In this document: positions 49,201-62,100 of the stretch, piece by piece
Layout of the letters: every line of letters begins with the position of its first letter
How positions within the stretch are numbered: the stretch's first letter is position 1
Assembly (NCBI GenBank): GCA_051530055.1
Contig: CM121343.1
Location: forward strand, 1,024,389 to 1,088,388
DNA length: 64,000 nt
Source: Neoechinorhynchus agilis
Taxonomy: Eukaryota > Animalia > Acanthocephala
Direction: 5' to 3'
The notes under the pieces: generated by a model
Told to the model about the DNA's origin: nothing
Databases searched by the model: none
Seen by the model: only the letters and a program-made list of their open reading frames with translations
Position numbers and translations under genes: made by a program

Positions 49201-52200
49201 ACTCGTAAGTTGTTACGAAATGATAAAACACTTTGAGCATATCTAATGCGCTGATTTCAATGGTGTTATCTGATTTTAATGAATCTTGCAAATTTAGTGA
49301 TCTTTCACTCTTGTGAATATTGACAAAATATGATAATGCGATTTCCGATTCGAATATTGCAGCTGTAGTTTAGGAGGTAAGTTAATTTAGTACATCTTAA
49401 CGCGCTGATTCCAAATCTGTATCCGGATTTGCGATAGCTTTAATGGTTCTTGAGTTATGCGTTGTTCAATTTTGAGACAAACTACCTTGATTATTGATAT
49501 TAAAACGCCAATAAATTTAAGATCAAATTAACTTTTCTAGATCTACCTTTGACGCTGAATTCACCTGCAATAACGGCTTGATGTACCTTTTTACATTTTA
49601 CACTTAGTTTAAGGATTGAAGTTCATAAAAGACACCTGAATTAAATCTGTTGTACTCGTAAGTTGTTACGAAGTGATAAAACACTTTGAGCATATCTAAT
49701 GCGCTGATTTCAATGGTGTTATCTGATTTTAATGAATCTTGCAAATTTAGTGATCTTTCACTCTTGTGACTATTGACCAAATATGATAATGCGATTTCCG
49801 ATTCGAATATTGCAGCTGTAGTTTAGGAGGACAGTAAATTTAGTACATCTTAACGCGCTGATTCCAAATCTGTATCCGGATTTGCGATAGCTGTAATGGT
49901 TCTTGAGTTATTCGTTGTTCAATTTTGAGACAAACTACCTTGATTATTGATATTAAAACGCCAATAAATTTAAGATCAAATTAACTTTTCTAGATCTACC
50001 TTTGACGCTGAATTCACCTGCAATAACGGCTTGATGTACCTTTTATTATTTTTACACTTAGTTTAAGGATTGAAGTTCATAAAAGACACCTGAACTAAAT
50101 CTGTTGTACTCGTAAGTTGTTACGAAATGATAAAACACTTTGAGCATATCTAATGCGCTGATTTCAATGGTATTATCTGATTTAAATGAATCTTGCAAAT
50201 TTAGTGATCGTTCACTCTTGTGAATATTCACCAAATTAGATAATTCGATTTCCGATTCGAATATTTCAGCTGTAGTTTAGGGGGACAGTAAATTTAGTAC
50301 ATCTTAACGCGCTGATTCCAAATCTGTATCCGGATTTGCGATAGCTGTAATGGTTCTTGAGTTATGCGTTGTTCAATTTTGAGACAAACTACCTTGATTA
50401 TTGATATTAAAACGCCAATAAAATTAAGATCAAATAATTTTTTTAGATCTACCTTTGACGCTGAATTCACCTGCAATAACGGCTTGATGTACTTTTATTA
50501 TTTTTACACTTAGTTTAAGGATTGAAGTTCATAAAAGACACCTGAATTAAATCTGTTGTACTCGTAAGTTGTTACGAAATGATAAAACACTTTGAGCATA
50601 TCTAATGCGCTGATTTCAATGGTATTATCTGATTTAAATGAATCTTGCAAATTTAGTGATCTTTCACTCTTGTGACTATTGACCAAATATGATAATGCGA
50701 TTTCAGATTCTAATATTGCAGCTGTAGTTTAGGAGGTAAGTTAATTTACTACATCTTAACGCGCTGATTCCAAATCTGTATCCGGATTTGCGATAGCTGT
50801 AATGGTTCTAATATGATAATGCGATTTCCGATTCGAATATTGCAGCTGTAGTTTAGGGGGACAGTAAATTTAGTACATCTTAACGCGCTGATTCCAAATC
50901 TGTATCCGGATTTGCGATAGCTGTAATTGTTCTTGAGTTATGCGTTGTTCAATTTTGAGACAAACTACCTTGATTATTGATATTAAAACGCCAATAAATT
51001 TAAGATCAAATTAACTTTTCTAGATCTACCTTTGACGCTGAATTCACCTGCAATAACGGCTTGATGTACCTTTTATTATTTTTACACTTAGTTTAAGGAT
51101 TGAAGTTCATAAAAGACACCTGAACTAAATCTGTTGTACTCGTAAGTTGTTACGAAATGATAAAACACTTTGAGCATATCTAATGCGCTGATTTCAATGG
51201 TATTATCTGATTTAATGAATCTTGCAAATTTAGTGATCTTTCACTCTTGTGAATATTGACCAAATTAGATAATGCGATTTCCGATTCGAATATTTCAGCT
51301 GTAGTTTAGGGGGAAAGTAAATTTAGTACATCTTAACGCGCTGATTCCAAATCTGTATCCGGATTTGCGATAGCTTTAATGGTTCTTGAGTTATTCGTTG
51401 TTCAATTTTGAGACAAACTACCTTGATTATTGATATTAAAACGCCAATAAATTTAAGATCAAATTAACTTTTCTAGATCTACTTTTGACGCTGAATTCAC
51501 CTGCAATAACGGCTTGATGTACCTTTTTATATTTTTACACTTAGTTTAAGGATTGAAGTTCATAAAAGACACCTGAATTAAATCTGTTGTACTCGTAAGT
51601 TGTTACGAAGTGATAAAACACTTTGAGCATATCTAATGCGCTGATTTCAATGGTGTTATCTGATTTTAATGAATCTTGCAAATTTAGTGATCTTTCACTC
51701 TTGTGACTATTGACCAAATATGATAATGCGATTTCCGATTCGAATATTTCAGCTGTAGTTTAGGAGGTAAGTTAATTTAGTACATCTTAACGCGCTGATT
51801 CCAAATCTGTATCCGGATTTGCGATAGCTGTAATGGTTCTTGAGTTATTCGTTGTTCAATTTTGAGACAAACTACCTTGATTATTGATATTAAAACGCCA
51901 ATAAATTAAGATCAAATTAACTTTTCAGATCTACCTTTGACGCTGAATTCACCTGCAATAACGGCTTGATGTACCTTTTTACATTTTACACTTAGTTTAA
52001 GGATTGAAGTTCATAAAAGACACCTGAATTAAATCTGTTGTACTCGTAAGTTGTTACGAAGTGATAAAACACTTTGAGCATATCTAATGCGCTGATTTCA
52101 ATGGTGTTATCTGATTTTAATGAATCTTGCAAATTTAGTGATCTTTCACTCTTGTGACTATTGACCAAATATGATAATGCGATTTCCGATTCGAATATTG

Positions 52201-55200
52201 CAGCTGTAGTTTAGGGGGACAGTAAATTTAGTACATCTTAACGCGCAGATTCCATATCTGTATCCGGATTTGCGATAGCTGTAATGGTTCTAATATGATA
52301 ATGCGATTTCCGATTCGAATATTGCAGCTGTAGTTTAGGGGGACAGTAAATTTAGTACATCTTAACGCGCTGATTCCAAATCTGTATCCGGATTTGCGAT
52401 AGCTGTACTTGTTCTTGAGTTATGCGTTGTTCAATTTTGAGACAAACTACCTTGATTATTGATATTAAAACGCCAATAAATTTAAGATCAAATTAACTTT
52501 TAGATCTACCTTTGACGCTGAATTCACCTGCAATAACGGCTTGATGTACCTTTTATTATTTTTACACTTAGTTTAAGGATTGAAGTTCATAAAAGACACC
52601 TGAATTAAATCTGTTGTACTCGTAAGTTGTTACGAAATGATAAAACACTTTGAGCATATCTAATGCGCTGATTTCATGGTATTATCTGATTTAAATGAAT
52701 CTTGCAAATTTAGTGATCTTTCACTCTTGTGACTATTGACCAAATATGATAATGCGATTTCCGATTCGAATATTGCAGCTGTAGTTTAGGAGGTAAGTTA
52801 ATTTATACATCTTACGCGCTGATTCAATCTGTATCCGGATTTGCGATGCTGTATGGTTCTTAGATAATGCGATTTCGATTCGAATATTGCAGCTGTAGTT
52901 TGGGGGAGTAAATTTAGTACATCTTAACGCGCTGATTCCAAATCTGTATCCGGATTTGCGATAGCTGTAATGGTTCTTGAGTTATTCGTTGTTCAATTTT
53001 GAGACAAACTACCTTGATTATTGATATTAAAACGCCAATAAATTTAAGATCAAATTAACTTTTCTAGATCTACCTTTGACGCTGAATTCACCTGCAATAA
53101 CGGCTTGATGTGGCTTTTTAAATTTTTACACTTAGTTTAAGGATTGAAGTTCATAAAAGACACCTGAATTAAATCTGTTGTACTCGTAAGTTGTTACGAA
53201 GTGATAAAACACTTTGAGCATATCTAATGCGCTGATTTCAATGGTGTTATCTGATTTTAATGAATCTTGCAAATTTAGTGATCTTTCACTCTTGTGACTA
53301 TTGACCAAATATGATAATGCGATTTCCGATTCGAATATTTCAGCTGTAGTTTAGGAGGTAAGTTAATTTAGTACATCTTAACGCGCTGATTCCAAATCTG
53401 TATCCGGATTTGCGATAGCTGTAATGGTTCTTGAGTTATTCGTTGTTCAATTTTGAGACAAACTACCTTGATTATTGATATTAAAACGCCAATAAATTTA
53501 AGATCAAATTAACTTTTCTAGATCTACTTTTGACGCTGAATTCACCTGCAATAACGGCTTGATGTGGCTTTTTAAATTTTTACACTTAGTTTAAGGATTG
53601 AAGTTCATAAAAGACACCTGAATTAAATCTGTTGTACTCGTAAGTTGTTACGAAATGATAAAACACTTTGAGCATATCTAATGCGCTGATTTCAATGGTG
53701 TTATCTGATTTTAATGAATCTTGCAAATTTAGTGATCTTTCACTCTTGTGACTATTGACCAAATATGATAATGCGATTTCCGATTCGAATATTGCAGCTG
53801 TAGTTTAGGAGGTAAGTTAATTTAGTACATCTTAACGCGCTGATTCCAAATCTGTATCCGGATTTGCGATAGCTGTAATGGTTCTTGAGTTATGCGTTGT
53901 TCAATTTTGAGACAAACTACCTTGATTATTGATATTAAAACGCCAATAAATTTAAGATCAAATAACTTTTCTAGATCTACCTTTGACGCTGAATTCACCT
54001 GCAATAACGGCTTGATGTACCTTTTTTTATTTTTACACTTAGTTTAAGGATTGAAGTTCATAAAAGACACCTGAATTAAATCTGTTGTACTCGTAAGTTG
54101 TTACGAAGTGATAAAACACTTTGAGCATATCTAATGCGCTGATTTCAATGGTGTTATCTGATTTTAATGAATCTTGCAAATTTAGTGATCTTTCACTCTT
54201 GTGACTATTGACCAAATATGATAATGCGATTTCCGATTCGAATATTGCAGCTGTAGTTTAGGAGGTAAGTTAATTTAGTACATCTTAACGCGCTGATTCC
54301 AAATCTGTATCCGGATTTGCGATAGCTGTAATGGTTCTATATGTTGGTTGTTGATATTGCAGCTGTAGTTTAGGAGGTCAGTAAATTTAGTACATCTTAA
54401 CGCGCTGATTCCAAATCTGTATCCGGATTTGCGATAGCTTTAATGGTTCTTGAGTTATGCGTTGTTCAATTTTGAGACAAACTACCTTGATTATTGATAT
54501 TAAAACGCCAATAAATTTAAGATCAAATTAACTTTTCTAGATCTACCTTTGACGCTGAATTCACCTGCAATAACGGCTTGATGTACCTTTTTACATTTTT
54601 ACACTTAGTTTAAGGATTGAAGTTCATAAAAGACACCTGAATTAAATCTGTTGTACTCGTAAGTTGTTACGAAGTGATAAAACACTTTGAGCATATCTAA
54701 TGCGCTGATTTCAATGGTATTATCTGATTTTAATGAATCTTGCAAATTTAGTGATCTTTCACTCTTGTGACTATTGACCAAATATGATAATGCGATTTCC
54801 GATTCGAATATTGCAGCTGTAGTTTAGGAGGTAAGTTAATTTAGTACATCTTAACGCGCTGATTCCAAATCTGTATCCGGATTTGCGATAGCTGTAATGG
54901 TTCTTGAGTTATTCGTTGTTCAATTTTGAGACAAACTACCTTGATTATTGATATTAAAACGCCAATAAATTTAAGATCAAATTAACTTTTCTAGATCTAC
55001 CTTTGACGCTGAATTCACCTGCAATAACGGCTTGATGTACTTTTTTACATTTTTACACTTAGTTTAAGGATTGAAGTTCATAAAAGACACCTGAATTAAA
55101 TCTGTTGTACTCGTAAGTTGTTACGAAGTGATAAAACACTTTGAGCATATCTAATGCGCTGATTTCAATGGTGTTATCTGATTTTAATGAATCTTGCAAA

Positions 55201-56110
55201 TTTAGTGATCTTTCACTCTTGTGACTATTGACCAAATATGATAATGCGATTTCCGATTCGAATATTGCAGCTGTAGTTTAGGAGGTAAGTTAATTTAGTA
55301 CATCTTAACGCGCTGATTCCAAATCTGTATCCGGATTTGCGATAGCGTTAATGGTTCTTGAGTTATTCGTTGTTCAATTTTGAGACAAACTACCTTGATT
55401 ATTGATATTAAAACGCCAATAAATTTAAGATCAAATTAACTTTTCTAGATCTACTTTTGACGCTGAATTTACCTGCAATAACGGCTTGATGTGGCTTTTT
55501 AAATTTTTACACTTAGTTTAAGGATTGAAGTTCATAAAAGACACCTGAATTAAATCTGTTGTACTCGTAAGTTGTTACGAAGTGATAAAACACTTTGAGC
55601 ATATCTAATGCGCTGATTTCAATGGTGTTATCTGATTTTAATGAATCTTGCAAATTTAGTGATCTTTCACTCTTGTGACTATTGACCAAATATGATAATG
55701 CGATTTCCGATTCGAATATTGCAGCTGTAGTTTAGGAGGTAAGTTAATTTAGTACATCTTAACGCGCTGATTCCAAATCTGTATCCGGATTTGCGATAGC
55801 TGTAATGGTTCTTGAGTTATTCGTTGTTCAATTTTGAGACAAACTACCTTGATTATTGATATTAAAACGCCAATAAATTTAAGATCAAATTAACTTTTCT
55901 AGATCTACCTTTGACGCTGAATTCACCTGCAATAACGGCTTGATGTACCTTTTTACATTTTTACACTTAGTTTAAGGATTGAAGTTCATAAAAGACACCT
56001 GAATTAAATCTGTTGTACTCGTAAGTTGTTACGAAGTGATAAAACACTTTGAGCATATCTAATGCGCTGATTTCAATGGTGTTATCTGATTTTAATGAAT
56101 CTTGCAAATT
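43248..56110. repeat. ~453-bp AT-rich satellite array (12.9 kb), about 27 full monomers plus six short ~112-124-bp monomers
   Basis: The anchor tacatcttaacgcgctgattccaaatc recurs at about 453-454-bp spacing (e.g. 48031, 48484, 48937; 54845, 55299, 55753). The left copies are more diverged. Confidence 0.97.
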
Positions 56111-59100
56111 GACTGAACCTTTATAAGATAAGGTTGCCGTTTGTCATCCTCCGCTGCAAAGTTAGTATGCAAATTTTTTGAAACTAAGTTCTTTTCCACC
56201 AATCGGCCTATCTCATTTAAAAAACATTTTTATATGCTGAAAGCTTTACAAATCGATTATAAATTTTCATCCAAAAAAACTAAAAACTGCGCGTTAATTC
56301 AATAATGAACCTTTTTCATAGAATATCATAAAAACCGAATAAAATTCATGTTAATTTATAGACTTCGAGCAAGCAGACTACATTACTAATTTTCACAAAT
56401 TATGTCGATAAAAAAACGATGATAAAAATTTAAACGCGCGCCAAATAATTGAACGGATAAGAATTCTTCCGTTTTTTGTACATTGCAAATCGCCGTCTGT
56501 TTCCTATCGCTGCTCGTACGCTCCGCGCATCGTTCTATTTTGTTCGCTGATGAATTGAGCGATTTTGGAGCTGAAGGTTTCTTTTAGACTTTGCACCGCG
56601 AACCTATGGAGGCATCTTGGGGCCTCAATGAACATGAGTAATTCTTTGAAAATTATTGGAAACGTATTTTGCTTTCTGAATGGAGCCTTCCGATCGACGG
56701 TGAATATCTCTCTTAATCTCAAAACTTCTGTATCTTGGATGGAGATTATTGTTGCTTAGCTCATCCACCACGCCCTCATACGCCTCGATTACCGCAAGCA
56801 CAGTCGACCGGATAAAATAGATGCCCCTTCACACCTGCTTTTAAACTGTGCCGCATGATTCATAGACAAGAACTGGCTCGGCACTTCCCTGACACCTACG
56901 AAAGTAGGTAAGGCTACTTCCGTAGTCATTCAATAGGTCGATCGCTTGCGTTGAGCTTGTTTTGTGCAAAACGTGAGGTCTTCAATCATACGGCAGACGT
57001 GGTATTATTGATATAGCATTTGAGGACGCAGTGATACACTGCGGCTCTGCTATTGTTTGCGTTTTCTTTAGTACATCTTTTTCCCGACATTGGTTCACAT
57101 GGCTGTGTGCAGATACGACATCGGTATATTTTTTATGACACGAGCCGCATTTAATCACGATAATCGATGATCCTCTTTAAGCGGTCGACAATTGCACTGC
57201 AGAAACCCAAGCCATAGATCGTTGGATTGCACATATCGCAAGCAACACGTTCTTCGAGCTCATCACTCCTGCGTGACACCGGTTGTTGCAAATTTAATGA
57301 TTCACATCGATTATTGCTTTCTCCTCTTGCGCGTCCGCAATCCTTTCGTTAAAAAATTTAGAATGACCAGTGCTGGTGGGTCTTTGTTTTAAAATATTTA
57401 TCCACTTCAGGAATTATTTCTCTATACTAATCCTCTTTATGTGCCATCATTTCTTCGCCTCGGTCTTTGTGAGTTTCATAGTAACACTGCTATATAAATG
57501 ACATTGACTTCATTTGTCCGACGGTCAAGAAGGATGAGATCACGTTTGAGGGGTTTTCCGTCGACTGTTTGGAGCCTATAGTTTTCGACCAATTCCACGG
57601 CATCGAAGAACTTTGTCAAGAGGGTCCATTTGAGTCTGCGAAGTACTCCGTCTTGTCGGTATATCATGGCAGCAATCACTTTTGACACTCGTTAGGATAT
57701 CGCTGAATTGAGTTCCTTTACGGAGCGGGGAGACTTCGAGGCAGCAGCGAGGCAAGTCGGGATTTTCGGTGGTTCCGATGGAAGATGTTTTTGGTTTAGG
57801 GTTTCGAGAGTTTCCTCGTTAACCTGGGAAATTACTTCAGAGGAGGAAAGGATGCAAACAGCTCCACGGATGTCACCATCCGCAATTCTGGAGGATGCAC
57901 GTTCCAGTATGGATCTTGCCGAAAATTACTGTGTGTAGGTTGTTCTGTAGGTCCGCGATCGGCAGCTCGAATTGCGCCCGAAAATAGTTGATCGAAGGAG
58001 GCGATTTTTTCTTTGATTGAACTGACTAACGACCCCTCCGAATTGTCACCAGCGCGAAGAACCAGCCTGGGAAAAGCGAAGAGACGTGACCATGCAATGT
58101 CAGACCCGTTTTCTAAGCAATCCCTAAGCAAAGCACTAAATGACTTCGTCATCTGATACCGAGCGCCCTTTGGGATACGTTTCAGGACGTTCCTGGGCAG
58201 AACGCGCAAGATATCAGGGAATTTCGTGGGAATGACTGAGGCGCTGGGACATTCCGAGGAGGTAGTGGGTTCGGGATGACAGATCTTGGGGGCGGGAGGA
58301 ACCAGAACAGCGGGATCTGAAGGGACCGTGTATCCGAACTAACAAGGATTTGTTAAGGCAAAAACAACCACCGCATTCCGAACAAAAACCTTTCTTAGAA
58401 GAGGTGGCCTTGAGGTTTGATAACTCGACCTGTTGTTGTAAAGCCGTTGCGTCATCATCATCATTGAACTCGACGTCGTCCGATTGTCGTGTGATGGGCA
58501 CAGGGTAATCCAACTCAATTGATGACGTCACACTCGGCACGACAGAATCCGCGAGGTCAAAGTTCGGCTGCATTGTGTAAAGAAAGACCTCAAAAAAGAC
58601 CGACCGAGACCACACAACGAATTCTCAGCTAGCTTATCGGTCCGCAAGGAAAGAACGCTGTCAAGAACTGCTAAAACAGTTTGCGCAGGAAATTACGATA
58701 TATAGAACGCAAAAGCTCAGCCTTTTTACGCTAGAAGACTGAACCTTTATAAGATAAGGTTGCCGTTTGTCATCCTCCGCTGCAAAGTTAGTTTGCAAAT
58801 TTTTTGAAACTAAGTTCTTTTCCACAAATCGGCTTATCTCATTGAAAAAACATTTTTTATATGCGGATAGCTTTACAAATCGATTATAAATTTTCATCCA
58901 AAAAAACTAAAAACTGCGCGTCAATCTAATAATGAACATTTTCATAATATCATAAAAACTGAAAAAATTCATGTTAATTGATAGACTTCGAGCAAGCAGA
59001 TCATATTACTAATTTTCGCTAAATTATGTCGATAAAAAATGATGATAAAAATTTCTAACGCGCGCCAACAATTGAACGGATAAGAATTCTTCCGTTTTTT

Positions 59101-62100
59101 GTAGATTGAAAATCGCCGTCTGTTTCCTATCGCTGCTCGTACGTTCCGCGCATCGTTCTATTTTGTTCGCTGATTAATTGAGCGATTTTGGAGCTGAAGG
59201 TTTTTCTTAGACTTTGTACCGTGAACCTATGGAGGCATCTTGGGGCCTCAATGAACGTGAGTAATTTGAAAATTATGGGAAACGTATTTTGCTTTATCAA
59301 TGTAGCCTTCCGATCGACGATGAATATCTCTCTAAATCTCAAAACTTCTGTATCTTGGATGGAGATTATTGTTGCTTAGCTCATCCACCACGCTCTCATA
59401 CGCCTCGATTACCGCAAGCGCAGTCGACCGGATAAAATAGATGCCCCTTCACACCTGCTTTTTGACGCTGCTTTGTACTGGAGCCTTCCGATCGACGGTG
59501 AATATCTCTGTAAATCTCAAAACTTCTGCATCTTGGATGGAGATTATTGTTGCTTAGCTCATCCACCACGCTCTCATACGCCTCGATTACCGCAAGCACA
59601 GTCGACCGGTTAAAATAGATGCCCCTTCACACCTGCTTTTTCACTGTGCCGCATGATTCATAGACAAGAACTGGCTCGGCACTTCCCTGACACCTACGAA
59701 AGTAGGTAAAGCTAATTCCGTAGTCATTCAATAGATCGATCGCTTGCGTTGAGCTTGCTTCGTGCAAAACGTGAGGTCTTCAATCATACGGCAGACGGGG
59801 TATTATTGATATAGCATTTGAGGACGCAGTGATACACTGCGGCTCTTCTATTGTTTGCGTTTTCTTTAGTACATCTTTTTCCCGACATTGGTTCACATGG
59901 CTGTGTGCAGATACGACATCGGTATATTTTTTATGACACGAGCCGCATTTAATCACGATAATCGATGATCCTCTTTAAGCGGTCGACAATTGCACTGCAG
60001 AAACCCAAGCCATAGATCGTTGGATTGCACATATCGCAAGCAACACGTTCTTCGAGCTCATCACTCCTGCGTGACACCGGTTGTTGCAAATTTAATGATT
60101 CACATCGATTATTGCTTTCTCCTCTTGCGCGTCCGCAATCTTTTCACAAAATTTAGAATGACCAGTGCTGGTGGGTCTTTGCTTTTACATATTTTGCCCA
60201 CTGGGGAATTATTTCTCTATACTTATCCTCCTTATGGTGCCATCATTTCTTCGCCTCAGTCTTTGTGAGTTTCATAATAACACTGGCCATATCAATGACA
60301 TTGATCACTTGTCCGACGGTCAAGAAGGGTGAGATCACGTTTGAGGAGTTTTCCGTCGACGGTTTGGAGCTCATAGTTTTCGACCAATTCCACGGCATCG
60401 AAGAACTTTGTCAAGAGGGTCCATTTGAGCCTGCGAAGTACTCCGTCTCGTGAGCCAGAGCACGGCAGCAATCACTTTTGGACACTCGTTAGGATATTGC
60501 TGAATTGAGTTCCTTTACAGAGCAGGGAGACTTCGAGGCAGTGATTGGAAAAGTTGGGAGTTTTAGTGCCTCCGATGGAGGATGTTTTTGGTTCGGGGTT
60601 TCGAGAGTTTCCTCGTTAACCTGGGCAAATACTTCCGAAGAGGAAAGGATGCGAACAGCTCCCCGGGCATCACCATCCGCAATTTTCGAGGAGGCGCGTT
60701 CCCCTATGGACCTAGCCGGAAAATTACCGTGTGCAGGGTGTTCTGAAGGCCCGCGATAGGTAGCTCGAATTGCGTCTGAAAAGAGTTGATCGAAGGAGAC
60801 GACTTTCTTTAATTGAGCTGACCAAAGACCCCTCAGAACTATCACCAGCGCGAAGAACCAGCCTGGGAAAAGCGAAGAGACGTGGCCATGCAATGTCAGA
60901 CCCGTTTTCTAAGCAATCCCTAAGCAAAGCACTAAATGACTTCGTCATCTGATACCGAGCGCCCTTTGGGATACGTTTCAGGACGTGCCTGGGCAGAACG
61001 CGCAAGATATCAGGGAATTTCGTGGGAATGACCAGAGGCGCTGGGACATTCCGAGGAGGTAGTGTGTTCGGGAAGACAGATCTTGGGGGCGGGAGGAACC
61101 AGAACAGCGGGATCTGAAGGAACCGTGTATCCGAACTAATAAGAATTTCTTAAGGCAGAAACAACCACCGCATTCCGAACGAAAACCTTTCGGAGAAGAG
61201 GTTGCCTGGAGGTTTGATAACTCGGCCTTATGTTGTAAAGCCGTTGCGTCATCATCATCATTGAACTCGACGTCGTCCGATTGTCGTGTGGTGGGCACGG
61301 GGTAATCCAACTCAATTGATGACGTCACACTCGGCACGGCAGAATCCGCGAGATCAAAGTTCGGCTGCATTGTGTAAAGAAAGACCTCAAAAAAGACCGA
61401 CCGAGACCACACAACGAATTCTCAGCTAGCTTATCGGTCCGCAAGCAAAGAACGCTGTCAAGAACTGCTAAGACAGTTTGCGCAGGAAATTACGATATAT
61501 AGAACGCAAAAGCTCAGCCTTTTTGACGCTAGAAGACTGAACCTTTATAAGATAAGGTTGCCGTTTGTCATCCTCCGCTGCAAAGTTAGTTTGCAAATTT
61601 TTTTAAACTAAGTTCTTTTCCACCAATCGGCCTATCTCATTGAAAAAACATTTTTATATGCTGAAAGCTTTACAAATCGATTATAAATTTTCATCCAAAA
61701 AAACTAAAAACTGCGCGTTAATTCAATAATGAACATTTTTCATAGAATATCATAAAAACCGAATAAAATTCATGTTAATTTATAGACTTCGAGCAAGCAG
61801 ACTACATTACTAATTTTCACAAATTATGTCGATAAAAAACGATGATAAAAATTTACACGCGCGCTAAATAATTGAACGGATAAGAATTCTTCCGTTTTTT
61901 GTACATTGAAAATCGCCGTCTGTTTCCTATCGCCGCTCGTACGTTCCGCGCATCGTTCTCATTTTGTTCGCTGATGAATTTGCCGATTTTGGAGCTGGAA
62001 GGCTCTTCCAGACTTGCATCATGAACTCATGGAGGCATCTGGTGGCCTCAATGAACATGAGTAATTCTTTGAAAATTATTGGAAACGTATTTTGCTTTAT

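Noticed and set aside
17345-56110. Regularly spaced repeats as CRISPR arrays
   Set aside because: The units are fully repeated monomers with no unique spacers, there are no cas genes, and the context is eukaryotic.
43248-56110. Short ORFs in the 453-bp array (e.g. 47010-47192, 50294-50476, 53822-54004) and a ~70-codon open stretch on the minus strand
   Set aside because: They are by-products of the repeat. Frames are broken between monomers and no protein motif is recognisable.
56870-56940. acctac-gaaa-gtaggt hairpin in the large units as a ribozyme or small RNA
   Set aside because: It is only a single GNRA hairpin, and no catalytic core could be assembled.
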